DNA of 64,000 bases from Dictyostelium discoideum (lineage: Eukaryota). Under the pieces are notes generated by a model that searched no databases, was not told where the DNA came from, and worked only from the letters and a program-made list of their open reading frames with translations. The first letter of the stretch is position 1, and the number at the start of each line of letters is the position of its first letter. Of the stretch, positions 14,335 through 26,644 are shown piece after piece. The position numbers were made by a program, and so were the translations under genes. The stretch spans positions 5,056,001 to 5,120,000 of the forward strand of contig CM000153.2 in the NCBI GenBank assembly GCA_000004695.1, read 5' to 3'.

Positions 14335-14772
14335 ATGATAACAGAATTTGAAAAATTATTTTGGAAGGTTTTTAAAAATAAATATTTAATAGGTTTAATA
14401 TTTGAAAATGTAAAATGTATGAAATTATCATTTTTAGATGATAATAAATTTTATTTGGGTAATAGAATACTATTTAGATTTATAAGATCACTTTCATGGA
14501 TTACAAAAAAGAGACAATGGCCTCTATTAAAAGATAAATTATTAAGTAATGAATTCATTATAATAAAGAGATCAGGTATTTGTAGATTTTTAAAATATTG
14601 TAAAGATATTGATAATGATGAAGAAATCATTAAATTATTATATGAAAAAAAAAAAGATCAATTAAGTCAAGTTGATTTAATATCAGAATCAGTTAATAAT
14701 AATAATTTAAAAGCATTAAAAATTTTTACAAAACAATTTAATCAAAAAACTAATCATGAACCAATGGATTAA
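14335..14772 (+). CDS. Hypothetical protein, the N-terminal part of an interrupted ORF. It stops at TAA 14770-14772, but the frame stays open into the next feature.
   Basis: The ORF is MITEFEKLFWKVFKNKYLIGLIFENV.... Its N-terminal motif is shared with the FNIP-repeat genes at 18.5 kb and 60.6 kb. Confidence 0.45.
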   Translation: MITEFEKLFWKVFKNKYLIGLIFENVKCMKLSFLDDNKFYLGNRILFRFIRSLSWITKKRQWPLLKDKLLSNEFIIIKRSGICRFLKYCKDIDNDEEIIKLLYEKKKDQLSQVDLISESVNNNNLKALKIFTKQFNQKTNHEPMD

Positions 14773-14946
14773 ATCATTAGTGAATTATCAGTTAAATATA
14801 GTCAGGATGGTATTAAAATATTAGAATTCTTAATAAATGAAAGAAGTGAAGGTTGTTCAAAAGATCTTGATATATTTTCAATTGTAAATAATATTGAATT
14901 CCTTGAATATCTTTCAGATAGTATTAATAAAATTTTTAAATCCAAC

Positions 14947-15077
<131 letters not shown>

Positions 15078-15096
15078 TAATAATGATTTTAAATTA

Positions 15097-17388
15097 ATGA
15101 GATTTAGTAAATTTATTATGATTTCAAATTTATGTTCAGAAGAATTACAGATGAAATTAATTGATAGAAAATTAATAGAATGTGAAGATTTAAAAATGAT
15201 AAATGACTTAATTTCATATAATTTCAAAATTTTAAATAATTTTAATGAATTTAAAATGTTACCGAATTCATTTTTTCATTATTTCGAAAGTTATTATTGT
15301 GGTGATGGTGGTAATAGTAGAAAACAGCTTTATAAACATTGTGCAATTTCTTATTGTTTATTTAAAAGATACCTAGAATTTGATAGTAGTGATGAAAGAA
15401 ATAAATTTTCATTTAATATAGTTGAATTCTTTGAAATTGCAATTAATTCATACTCTTTAAGTACTTTTTGGAATTTTGATTTTAGAAAATTAAATTTAAC
15501 TTTACAGGAGAAATATGAAATTTTAAATATTTTTATAAATTTTAAAGTCGATAATTCAAATCCATTGGAAAAGAAATTAAATAATTTGGAAAAAATAATA
15601 AATGTATTATATCCTTTTCAAGTTGTAGAATCACCACTACCTCAAATTGAAGAAGTTTATAAATTCTATAATTATTTAAAATCAAATTATAATGTTAATA
15701 ATTTAATTAAAATAATTCAAAGTTATTATCATTTGAATATAATTAAAGATGGAAATTTAAATTTATTAAATTCATTTTTAAATATATTTAAAGATGAAAT
15801 TAAAGATTCCAATTTCTTTTTTGAAAATGATAAACTTTTAATAAATCAAGATTATTTTATTAATTGTAAGGATAATAGTAATAAAGTTTTATTATTTTTA
15901 GATAGATTATTAGAAATTAAAGAATTTATAAATAGTGATATAATATATTCAAAATCATTCCTTCAATCATTAAAATTATCATTATTTCCAATTAGTAAAG
16001 AGGATTTTTTAAATTCATTATTAAAATTAAAACAACACTTTAAATTAACTCAATCATTACCACCATCACCATCTTTATCAATTAAATTTAATTATTTTAG
16101 TGATTTAATATTTAATTTATTAATTGATAATATCAATGATAAATTATTTATAAGAATGATAATAGAATCATTTATAAATTATTTACATAATGATATGGTT
16201 ATTCAAATTTTAGATAAATTAGTTGAAATTGATTTTGAATCATTTTCTTTAATATTAAATTCTTTGGGTAATGATTATAAGATTAATGAATCATTATTAA
16301 AATATAAAATTAAAGTAAATTCTTCAATTAAAATTTTAATTTCATCATTAAAATGGTATAAATATTTAGATTTTACATATTTAATTGAAGATTTAATTAT
16401 AAATTCAAATGACGGTGGTAGTGATGATGATGGTTCAAGTGAAATTAAATTAGATTTACAATTAATTGAAGAAATAATAAATTTACAAATTAATAATGAA
16501 ATGTATCAATCTAAACCAATATCGGATTTGGTAGTTGATCAGTCATTAAACTTTATGAATGATTTATTTGGTGGTGGTGATGATTTTAAATATATATCTT
16601 ATAATGCAACAAAGTTTGCATTAAATAAAAGAATGTTCAACTTATTAGAATTATTTTATAAACCAAAATATAAAAAATCATTCCATTGGGATGAGGAATT
16701 ATTTTCTTATCCTCCAATTTTACCAAACCCAACCTCATTTCAACAAGATAAACCACAACAACTACAACCATATCAACAAAATCAAAAGATTGAAAAAGAA
16801 GAGAAAGAAATAAAAAAACTAAATAATGCACAAAAAACAAAAGAAATTAATATTAAATCAAAATCAAAAACTAATACTGAATTAAATAATGAATTAAAAC
16901 AAATTCAAAGTTATTATTTTATTGATGATTCAATTATGTTATTGGAATTGGGTGAAGTAAGAGATGCTCTTTTCTATTTTAAGAAATATGGTAAAAATGA
17001 TTTGAAAAGTTTAAGTACAATCAACCTAAAAAAGATAATCAAAGCCTATGAAATGGAAATTGTGGCCCAATATATTTCTTTGTACCTCTCATATTTTGGA
17101 AGAACTGTTACAACTGACCTATTATACTATTCATTAAAAAAGGGCAGAATTGATGTTTACCAATTCCTTTACAATTATAATTCCAACTTTAAAATGATTG
17201 ATCAATATTTTTATACGAATCTAGCTAAAAGAGGTGACATACCAATGATTAAATTTCTATTATCTCAAGATACATTCACTAATTTATCAAATAATAGAAA
17301 AAATGAAATAATTAATCAACTTTTAACAATAGCCATTGAATTGGGTAATAATAGTCTTTTAAATTGGTTAAACACTCTACCCTCATGA
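15097..17388 (+). CDS. Hypothetical Asn/Ile/Leu-rich protein of 763 aa. It is in the same frame as 14335..14772 and is probably the continuation of that gene.
   Basis: Intact ORF. The 324 nt upstream (14773..15096), including a run of about 45 AAT codons, are open in the same frame. Confidence 0.45.
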   Translation: MRFSKFIMISNLCSEELQMKLIDRKLIECEDLKMINDLISYNFKILNNFNEFKMLPNSFFHYFESYYCGDGGNSRKQLYKHCAISYCLFKRYLEFDSSDERNKFSFNIVEFFEIAINSYSLSTFWNFDFRKLNLTLQEKYEILNIFINFKVDNSNPLEKKLNNLEKIINVLYPFQVVESPLPQIEEVYKFYNYLKSNYNVNNLIKIIQSYYHLNIIKDGNLNLLNSFLNIFKDEIKDSNFFFENDKLLINQDYFINCKDNSNKVLLFLDRLLEIKEFINSDIIYSKSFLQSLKLSLFPISKEDFLNSLLKLKQHFKLTQSLPPSPSLSIKFNYFSDLIFNLLIDNINDKLFIRMIIESFINYLHNDMVIQILDKLVEIDFESFSLILNSLGNDYKINESLLKYKIKVNSSIKILISSLKWYKYLDFTYLIEDLIINSNDGGSDDDGSSEIKLDLQLIEEIINLQINNEMYQSKPISDLVVDQSLNFMNDLFGGGDDFKYISYNATKFALNKRMFNLLELFYKPKYKKSFHWDEELFSYPPILPNPTSFQQDKPQQLQPYQQNQKIEKEEKEIKKLNNAQKTKEINIKSKSKTNTELNNELKQIQSYYFIDDSIMLLELGEVRDALFYFKKYGKNDLKSLSTINLKKIIKAYEMEIVAQYISLYLSYFGRTVTTDLLYYSLKKGRIDVYQFLYNYNSNFKMIDQYFYTNLAKRGDIPMIKFLLSQDTFTNLSNNRKNEIINQLLTIAIELGNNSLLNWLNTLPS

Positions 17389-17665
17389 GTGGTTATTGGA
17401 GATGACCATCTGAATAAGGTAATATTACATTTAAATTGGTTATAAATACAAATGAAATTATTTGATTTTATTATAAAAATAAACAAATAAAAAAGAATAG
17501 AAAAAAAAATAATAAAAAAGAAATAAATTAACCCAACAAACTTTTGGTTTGCTTTTTTTTTTTTTTTGTTTGTTACTTTATTATTATAATTATTTTTTTT
17601 TAATTTTTTTAACAAACTTGATTTTTTTTATGGTATATTATATGTAATGGTATGGAGGAATTAAT

Positions 17666-17999
17666 TTAATTCCATTTTTTCCAGGAACCACCTCCACTGC
17701 CACCACCACCATTCCATTTACCACCACTGCCACCACCATCCCATTTACCACCACTACCACCACCACCACTATACCATTTCTTCCATGAGATAGAATTAGA
17801 ATCAAAGTCGATTTCTACACCTTGATTCCCGGAAACATCGGATGAGCTTCTTAAAGAGCTACTTGGATTTGATAATTTGGTTAAACAATCTATATTGAAA
17901 TAATTAAAAAATATGTTAATATACTTTAATTTTTTTTTTTTTATTTTTTTTTTTATATATATACAAATAATTAATTTGATATTTACAAACAATAGTCAT
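17666..17999 (-). CDS. Small Gly-rich protein of about 78 aa with GGxGGKW repeats. Two exons on the minus strand, 17987..17999 and 17666..17889.
   Basis: The C-terminal ORF reads ...SWKKWYSGGGGSGGKWDGGGSGGKWNGGGGSGGGSWKKWN. An upstream tatag acceptor lies at about 17890. The candidate first exon is ATGACTATTGTTT|GTAAAT, joining in frame to give MTIVYCLTKLSNP.... Confidence 0.3.
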
Positions 18000-18483
18000 T
18001 TTTGTACTGAAGGTTGATTAATTAAAATTTTTTTTTTTTCATTTTATACTTTTTTTTTAAAAAAAAAAATAAAAAATAAATTAAAAAAAATAAAATGAAA
18101 TGAAAAGGAATTCCTTTTTTGAGTTTTTGACTTTTTTGGTTGATAAGATTATTAAAAAGGGATTTAAATCAATCAATCAAAGGGATTTCTTTATTATTAT
18201 AATTTTAATTATCTAAAAATGGTTTGAAAAAATAAAAAAAAAAAAAAAAAAATAATAATTAAAAAAAAAAAAAAATAAAAAAATTTAAATTAAATTAATA
18301 GATTGGAAGTGGGTGAAATTGGTAAAAATTAATTGAATTTTAATTATAATAATTTTTTAATAACATCAATTAATTTTTAATAATATGGGGTTGAAAATTT
18401 TTATTTTTTTTTATTTTTTTTTTTATTTTTTTTATTTTTTTTTTTTTTACTATTACTTTTTTATATATATATAAACTTAAAAG

Positions 18484-20486
18484 ATGGAAAAAATAACATA
18501 TGATTGGTTAAAAGAAGATACAATTCTTTTAGAATCAGTATTAATTTTATCATTAAGTGGTTATTATATATCAAAAAATGAAATTAATAAAATTTGCAAA
18601 GAGTATGTTTTTTAAAAATAATAAATTAAAAAAAAAAAAAAAAAAAAAATGTTTATTAAAAAAATTATTTTAGTGATTTAGAAAAGCATGAAAGATTAAA
18701 TGAAGAACAATTTAAAATGTTAAAAGAAAAGAATATTATTTTGCAAAATAAAAATGACAATAATGAAATAAAATTGGAATGTTTAAAAAAAGAATTTAAT
18801 AAAATCAATTGTTCATTTTATTTAATTATTGAAAATAATAATAAGATCAATAAAAATAATAATATTAATAATAGTAATGATGATAAATATAATAATATAA
18901 TTGACTCCACTAAAACAATAAAATTATTAAAAAATAAAAAATCAAAGAAATTAAGGTCAGAATTATTTAGAAAAGTTTGGAAAAACATTGTTATAAAGAA
19001 TCAAATTTTATTAGAAGTTAGATTATACAATATTCATTATAATACAATAATGACTTTTTCAAATATATCATCATTACAAAGTTATAGATACAGAGGATAC
19101 TTGAATAAAATTATTATTGAAGATGAAGAAAAAAAAGAAATTATTGAACAAGGTATTATTCCTTGGGGAGTTGAAAAAATTGAATTTAAATTTAATCCAA
19201 TATTAAAAGAAAATTCAATACCAAATTCAGTTTGTCATTTAAAATTTGGTTATTCATTTAATAGACCATTTAATAGTAATATCATATCAGGTATTGAAAG
19301 TGATAATTGTAATTTAAAATCTTTAATATTTGGAAATAGTTTTAATCAACCATTAGAAACAACAACAACAACAACTACAAATGAAAACCAAAATAATAAA
19401 GAAAATAATGAAATTATTAATAATGATAAATGGTTATCAAAATTAAATAAACTTACAAATTTAGAATTTGGTGAATCATTTCAACAAGATATTAAAATTG
19501 GTCTATTACCAAATAGTTTAACATCTTTGGTATTATCAAAACATTATAATGGTATAATTGAAAATGGTGCATTAACAAATTCAATTTTAAATAATAACAA
19601 TTCAATTTTTAAATTTAAATTTGATTCAAATGGTAATAAGAATTCAATAATTGTTGATTATGTAAATTCAATTCCAAAGTATGTAACAACATTAGAATTT
19701 GATAATCAATTTAATCAAGTGATCCATAATGGTGATATTCCAAAGAATGTTAGATCAATTATTTTTGGTAAAGAATTTAATAGTTTTATTGAACCATTTT
19801 CAATAAATTCAAATGTAACATCGATTGAATTTGGATATAGATTTAATCAACCAATTATTGATAATCAATTACCCACTGAAAATTTAACAAATTTAACATT
19901 TGGTAATAATTTTAATCAAACCATTGAACCACATCAATTTTCAAAGAATTTGAAAAAATTAAAATATGGTTTAACTTTTAATAGAACCATTCAAGCTGGT
20001 TTATATTTTAATACTAGTTTAGAATCATTAAAATTCGGACCAAGATTCAATCAACAAATTCCATTGAAAACCTTACCAAATACATTGAAATATTTGGATC
20101 TATATGGTTGGACAGGACCAATTGTACCAGGTACTTTTCCACCATCATTAAAATCATTAAAATTAAATTATTTTAATCAACCATTACAAGTATCATCATT
20201 ACCATCATTGATTTCTTTGGAATTACTTGAAGATTTTAATCAACCAATTAATATAAATACAATTCCAACCTCTTTAAAATCATTAAAACTTGGTCGTAAT
20301 TATAGTCAAGACTTGACAAATTCCTTACCAGAGTCATTAACATCTTTAGATATTTCATCAACAAACTTGAAATTCAATATTGATTTATTACCAAATTTAA
20401 ATTCAATAATACTTTCAAATTATGATCATAATTTTTTAAATAATTTAGATTTTCAAATTTTTTCAAATTTAATTAAAATTAAATAA
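18484..20486 (+). CDS. FNIP-repeat-containing protein. Exons are about 18484..18607 and about 18674..20486.
   Basis: Exon 1 reads MEKITYDWLKEDTIL...ICK and ends at a GTATGT donor. A ...attattttag acceptor follows. Exon 2 has the usual N-terminal motif ELFRKVWKNIVIKNQILLEVRLYN and then at least ten FNIP repeats, for example FGYSFNRPF, FGNSFNQPL, FDNQFNQVIHNGDIPKNV, FGYRFNQPIIDNQLP, FGNNFNQTIEP and FGPRFNQQIP. Confidence 0.75.
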
Positions 20487-20580
20487 AGATATTTTTTTTT
20501 AAACAAATAATTATTTTATTTATTTATAATATTTTTTTTTTTTTTTTTTTTTTGTTTTTTTTTCCCTTGTTGTTGATTTT

Positions 20581-21048
20581 TTAAAGTGCTAAGAGTGAGA
20601 TTAAAGCACCAAAGATAATAGCAATACCAACGGCTACTTTATCAGCAGAGTTACCAGCTGGAGTTTCAGTTACTTGAGCATATTGACAAGTAACGTGGTA
20701 AGCAGAATTTCCTACATTAACAGTGAAGGTTGGACTAGTAGTATTTACCAAAGCTGGACATCTGAAACTTGCAACATTTGAGGTACCACTACAATTTGTT
20801 ACATTTTTACTATAATCATTAAGGGTAAACTGTTGGTTTGGAACATTATTTCCTTCACCTTTTATTCTAATACTTCCACCACAAGCAGAATTACATCTAC
20901 CATCAGTTGAAAAATATACAGTGGTGGTTCCAGAACCACATCCTGTACCTGAGATTCTAAATGAATTTGGTTGGTCAGTAAAATTAAATGCCCAACTTGA
21001 TGAAACACACAATGCAACGATTATTAAAAAAATTGAAATGAATCTCAT
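20581..21048 (-). CDS. Small secreted Cys-rich protein with a signal peptide and a C-terminal hydrophobic GPI-type signal. It is ponticulin-like.
   Basis: 155-aa ORF. The N-terminal signal is MRFISIFLIIVALCVSSSWA, the region is Gly/Ser/Thr/Cys-rich, and the C-terminus is GIAIIFGALISLLAL. A G-rich element lies at 21270-21330 upstream. Confidence 0.45.
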   Translation of the reverse strand: MRFISIFLIIVALCVSSSWAFNFTDQPNSFRISGTGCGSGTTTVYFSTDGRCNSACGGSIRIKGEGNNVPNQQFTLNDYSKNVTNCSGTSNVASFRCPALVNTTSPTFTVNVGNSAYHVTCQYAQVTETPAGNSADKVAVGIAIIFGALISLLAL

Positions 21049-21666
21049 TTTACTATTGAAATTGTTATTGTTATTATTATTATTATTTTAAGAAATTAAT
21101 AAATAAATGTAATGGTAAATATATTTATATATTTATTTTTTTTATTTTAAAACACAAATAAAAATGAAAAAAAAAAAAAATTTATTTAAACTAAAATTAT
21201 TACTATTTTTAATAATTATTTTAAATATTATTGAATTAGACATTTTAAAAAATTATTGAAAATCAAGTTGGGTTGAAGTGGTGGGGTTTGTTGACATTTT
21301 TTAATTTTTTTTTTGGTGGTTTTTTATGTTGGTATGTGTGTGTTAATTATTATTTCACCACCAAAACTATAATTTATCTGGTTATGTGGGTTAACTTTAT
21401 TATTGTAATTTCAAATAATGAACTATTTGTAAATTTAATGTGAATTGTGTTTTATATTTTTATTTTTATTATTTTTTTTTTTTTTTTTAAAGATTAATTA
21501 TTAATAAATATCAAGGTGTGTGAATTTTAATTTTTTAGTAAAAATTATTAACTAAAAATAAAACACCATTCACAATTGCAGCAACTATTTTCTAAATATA
21601 GAAATAATTAATTTCTTTTTTTTTTTTTTTTTTTTTTTAGTTAAAATTTTAATTTATTATTTTTTT

Positions 21667-23750
21667 TTAGTCTTGTAAATTTGATTTTAATTTTTTAGAG
21701 GAATCTAAATCTTCAGATTCATTTGTATCAATTTCTTTTCTCTTCTTACTAATTGATGGTGTTGCAGATGAAGTAGTTGTGGATGATGGTTGGTCTTCAA
21801 TAAACATAAAACCATCATCCTCTTCAACATCATTATTATTATTATTATTTTTATTATTATTACTATTATTGTCAGATTCTGTAGTTGTTGTTGTGGTTGT
21901 TGTTGTTGTTGTTGTTTGAGAAGTTTTACCAATAATTTCAAAGAATTTATCATCTTCTTCTTTTTCAATTGTAGTAGTTTTACCTTCTTTTTGATCTTTT
22001 TCTTTTTGTTGTTGTTTTTTTAATTTTTTAGTATCTTCATCGAAATCTGTAGTATGTTGAATAGTGATTGTTATTTGAAAATCTTGATTATAATCCTCTA
22101 CAACAAGTGAGGTATCATTTGTTAAACGATGAGTTGCTAAAGTTTTCTTTTCGATTTTTGAACGTTGTTCAATCTCTTCTTTTGATAGATCTTGATCACC
22201 ACCTTCATAGATTATATCATTACCAACGGTTAGAATTGGTTCATTTACAGCCAAAGATTTCTTTAAAACATGATCAATGAATTGAGAGATTGTAGTTTTT
22301 TCAGTATTTAAACGACAAATGATGAAAGAACGATTACAAACAAAACATTTTGGATTTTGAGGTTCTAATTGAGTTGGCATTAGTAATCTCTTACCCGAGG
22401 GTAATTGATAGAGGTAAGTGGAAAGACATTGATCGAATCTACCATCGACCACTTTGATTGCCTCCATAACTATTAAACCACCAATTACAGCATTGGTAGT
22501 TGCAATTGCGGGTATAATATTGCCAGCCATTGATTTAACATCGAATCTACTCTTCATTGGTATACCAAATATCTTTGAACGAATATTCGAAGCGGAACAA
22601 ACAAAACTCAATGCCAATTCATCATCTTTATCCCATGTCATTGGCTTTGAGTTGGACTGATCGAATTGTTGTTTCAACTTTTCTAAACAATCTAAAAACA
22701 CCTCAACATTCTCTTTGAAAGTCCATTGTTTTTGGTCAGGTAATTTAAATATCAATTGATCACCTTCTTCCTCTGCTTGAGAGACCTCTTTTGAACTTAA
22801 AATCTCATCCAATTTCAATGAAGTTGGTGGTTGTTTATCTTTCCATAAATCGGGCATATGAATTAATGTTTCTATATCTGTATGAAATATCTTATGAAAT
22901 ACCCAACGTTTGAAACCCTTTTCCTTCTCTATCAATAATTGTTCATCCCTTTTAATATTACCCAATTCCTCAGTGCCATGAATTATATTATTGTCTAAAT
23001 CAGTCAACGATGATGAATCACCACCACCATCATCATCCTTTGGACCAAACAATTTACCAAATAACATTTTAGCCCAAACTATACAATGAATTGGTGCAGA
23101 TGGGTTAGTTCTAATTGTACAAACTGCAAATTGTTTTGGTACTGCAATTGGTTGACATTCGAAACATTCGGTTTTACCCTTTCTTATTACACTAACTTGT
23201 CCTAAATAACCTGCTGTACCACTCTCAATCATTGGTACATCCACTGATAAACATAATCTATTGACATGTCTACGTGCACTAATATTATCCAATGCATTCA
23301 TTACCAAATCAAACTGTTTAAAAAATTCACTACCAAATTCACTAGATTTAACATCACCATGATGTGCCGTTATATTCACTTGTTCATTATATTTCATTAC
23401 TGATTCTTTTGCTATCTTTGCTTTTGACATACCAATATGTTGTTTTCTAAATAAAAATTGTCTATTTAAATTACTAATATCAATTGTATCTAAATCAATC
23501 TAGAAAAAAATATATTATTAAAATTTATATTAATATTTAAAACAAATTAAATAATATATATATATATATATGTTTACTCATGAATAAACTTACTTACTAT
23601 ATCAATATTTTTAAAACCAGTTAATACTAAATTTTTTAATAATTCACAACCAATACCACCAGCACCAACAACTAATATTTTACATGTTTGAATTTTATCA
23701 AATGTTGATTGACCTAATGCTTGAATAATATGACTATATCTTTCACTCAT
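21667..23750 (-). CDS. uba2: SUMO-activating enzyme subunit 2 (UBA2/SAE2). Exons on the minus strand are 23598..23750 and 21667..23499.
   Basis: Exon 1 reads [51 protein letters not shown] and ends at a GTAAGTAAGT donor. This is a ThiF/MoeB Rossmann GxGxxG motif. Exon 2 reads [30 protein letters not shown]...[18 protein letters not shown], which carries the catalytic Cys and the conserved UBA2 motif. The C-terminus is acidic. The total is about 661 aa. Confidence 0.85.
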
Positions 23751-24186
23751 TGTATTGGTTTTAATTTATTTGTTTTTTTTTTTTTTTTTTTCTTTCTCTC
23801 TAAACCTAATGAAGTTGGTAATTAGTGAAAATGAAAAAAAAAAAAAAAATTTGTAAAAAAAAAAATTAAAAAATTAAAAATAAAAAATAAAAAAAAAAAA
23901 GAAATTTTTAATTAAAACTATAATTAATTTTATTTTTATTTAATTCTAATTCTCATGGATATAATTATATTACTAACAATATTTAAAAAAAAATTATAAA
24001 AAAAATTTAAAAAAAAAATAATAATTGTTATAAAAAAAAAAAAAGAATTTTTAATTAATTAATTATATCTATAATAAATTTTTTTTATTATTATTTAATT
24101 CCTACTCAATGGATATCATTATAATATATTATTTGTAAATGTTTAAAAAATTCTATTAAAATTCATACAAAAACCAAGATATCAAA

Positions 24187-24221
<35 letters not shown>

Positions 24222-24362
24222 TTTACCTTTTTGTGTTTATCTGTCCACACAACAATCAAAGAAATTTAATTTAAAAATCAATAAAATTGAAACCTTTTTA
24301 GACGAATAAAATCCAACCCTTAAACCATACGGTTGCCCACATTAATTTTCTTTCTAATTTAT

Positions 24363-24399
<37 letters not shown>

Positions 24400-24875
24400 A
24401 CCAAACTATAAAAATCAAAATGAAAAATAAAAATATTTTAGAAAACTCATAAAAAAAAAAGTTATTTTTAGTTTAATTGTTTTAAACTAGATTTGAGTGG
24501 GTTTATGATGCTTGTATTTTAATCTTGAACAATAAATATAATTTTTTTTTATTTTATTTTTTTTTTTATTTTATTTTATTTTCTTTTCTTTTATTTTTTT
24601 TTTTTTTTTTTTTTCTTTTTTTTTTTAGTTTTTGAATTAAAAATTAAATAAATAAACAAATAATATATTTTTTTCTTTTTTTTTCTAATCTTTTTTTTTT
24701 TTTTATTTATAATTTTTTTTTATTATTTTTACTAAATAAATAAATGTTATTGATATGTATGTAAAAACTACAATTAAAAAATAATTGTTTCTTTTTTTTT
24801 TTTTGTCTGTTTAATTCTTTTTTTTTTATTTTTTATTTTTTTTTTTATTTTTTTAATTATAGTCTTATTTGTTGA

Positions 24876-25002
<127 letters not shown>

Positions 25003-25039
25003 TTCATTCATTGATTATTAATTTAAATTCATTATTAAT

Positions 25040-25962
25040 TTACATTCTAATGAAAACTGGTTTCAATTCACCTTGTCTCTTTTTTAATAAATTAACTAAT
25101 GATTGATCAATTTGTGGTGGAAGATTACTACTTTGTTCACCTGGAGGTATGTTATGGAGAAGGGTCATAATTTCTTTATCGATTTTAGAGATCTTTCTGA
25201 ATGGCCATTTTCTACCTCTTGCAGCTTCTTTCCATCTTTTACTCAAGGTTGAAGTTGGTATACCTAATTTCTTTGCAGCTTCACTTTGTGGGAAATTTAA
25301 ATATTCTGTAATCTCTATATAGGTTGGATTGGCTTCTGTTAATGATCTATTTTCTGTTGTAACTAATGCATTTGATGCTGATGGAACTGTATTTTGTCCT
25401 GTAATTGATGCTATAATATTTCCATTATTATTATTGTTATTATTATCACCACGTGGAGAACTTTCTTCATCATCACTACCATCACTATTATAATTATTAT
25501 TATTATTGTTGTTATTGAAATTATCGTTGTTATATCCATCATTCATATTATCATTATTATTATTATTATTATTACTATTATTATTATTATTACTATTACT
25601 ATTATTATTATTTCCATTATTATTACTATTATTACCATTATTATTGTTACCATTATTGTTATTGTTATTATTGTGGTGATTATTATTGCTATTATTACTA
25701 TTGTTATTATTCAAACTATTAGAATTTGAATCATTTGTTCTTAAAGTTATATTGGCGGGTGTTACTTCTCTGATATCAGGGTCAGATTCTCTATCATATG
25801 GTGTCGCAGCTGGTGCATTCATATAATGTTGTAAGTGTAAAGGGATTCTATCCTTTGTTAGTGACAATGGTCTACTATATGGTGAACCATGTGAAAAATG
25901 TGGATTGGTTGATGGACTATATACATGTGGTGATGAATTATTGCTGTTATTACTATTGTGAT

Positions 25963-25994
<32 letters not shown>

Positions 25995-26644
25995 CTATTA
26001 TTATTGTTATTATTATAATTATTGCTGTTATTATTGCTGCTATTATTATTATTATTACTATTATTATTATTATTACTATTACTATTATTATTATTATTGC
26101 TATTGTTATTGCCATTGCTATTGCTATTGCTATTGCTATTGCTATTGCTATTGCTATTGCTATTGCTATTGCTATTGCTATTGCTATTGCTATTGCTATT
26201 GCTATTGCTATTGCTATTGCTATTGCTATGGTTACTATTATTATTATTATTGCTATTGCTATGGTTATTATTATGGTTATTGTTGCCATGGTTGTTGTTA
26301 TTGTTACTATTATTGCTATTATTATGGTTGTGGTTATTATTGTTATTGTTGTTGTTGTTTCCATTGTTGTTACTGTTGCTGTTGTTGTTGTTGTTGTTGT
26401 TGTTGCTGCTGTTGTTGTTGTGGGTGGCACTCATTACATTTTGAGGTGATGGTAAATTGGGGGAACTATTACCTCCATTGCTATTAACATTTCCATTGGC
26501 ATTGTTGCTATTGTTGCTATTATTATTATTTACATTGCTGCTGTTATTGTTATTATTATGGTTTAAAATTGAATTTGCAGGAAAATCAAAATCTAATTGT
26601 GGATGGGTTGGTAATCTTGGTTGCTGACTTGAAAGATGTGACAT
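25040..26644 (-). CDS. RWP-RK domain protein, a putative transcription factor, with very long poly-Asn/Ser/His tracts.
   Basis: 534-aa ORF. The C-terminus reads ITEYLNFPQSEAAKKLGIPTSTLSKRWKEAARGRKWPFRK, which is the RWP-RK signature. Upstream there is low-complexity N/S/H-rich sequence, including a (GCTATT)n run coding an (NS)n tract. Confidence 0.7.

Noticed and set aside
14735-14790. Intron that would remove the in-frame TAA at 14770.
   Set aside because: There is no GT dinucleotide positioned to serve as a donor upstream of the stop and no in-phase AG acceptor downstream.
25798-26487. Poly-Tyr/Cys, poly-Ile and poly-Leu ORFs on both strands (25798..26487, 25858..26430, 25958..26449, 26022..26444).
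   Set aside because: They are off-frame readings of the (GCTATT)n/(ATT)n arrays inside the RWP-RK gene.
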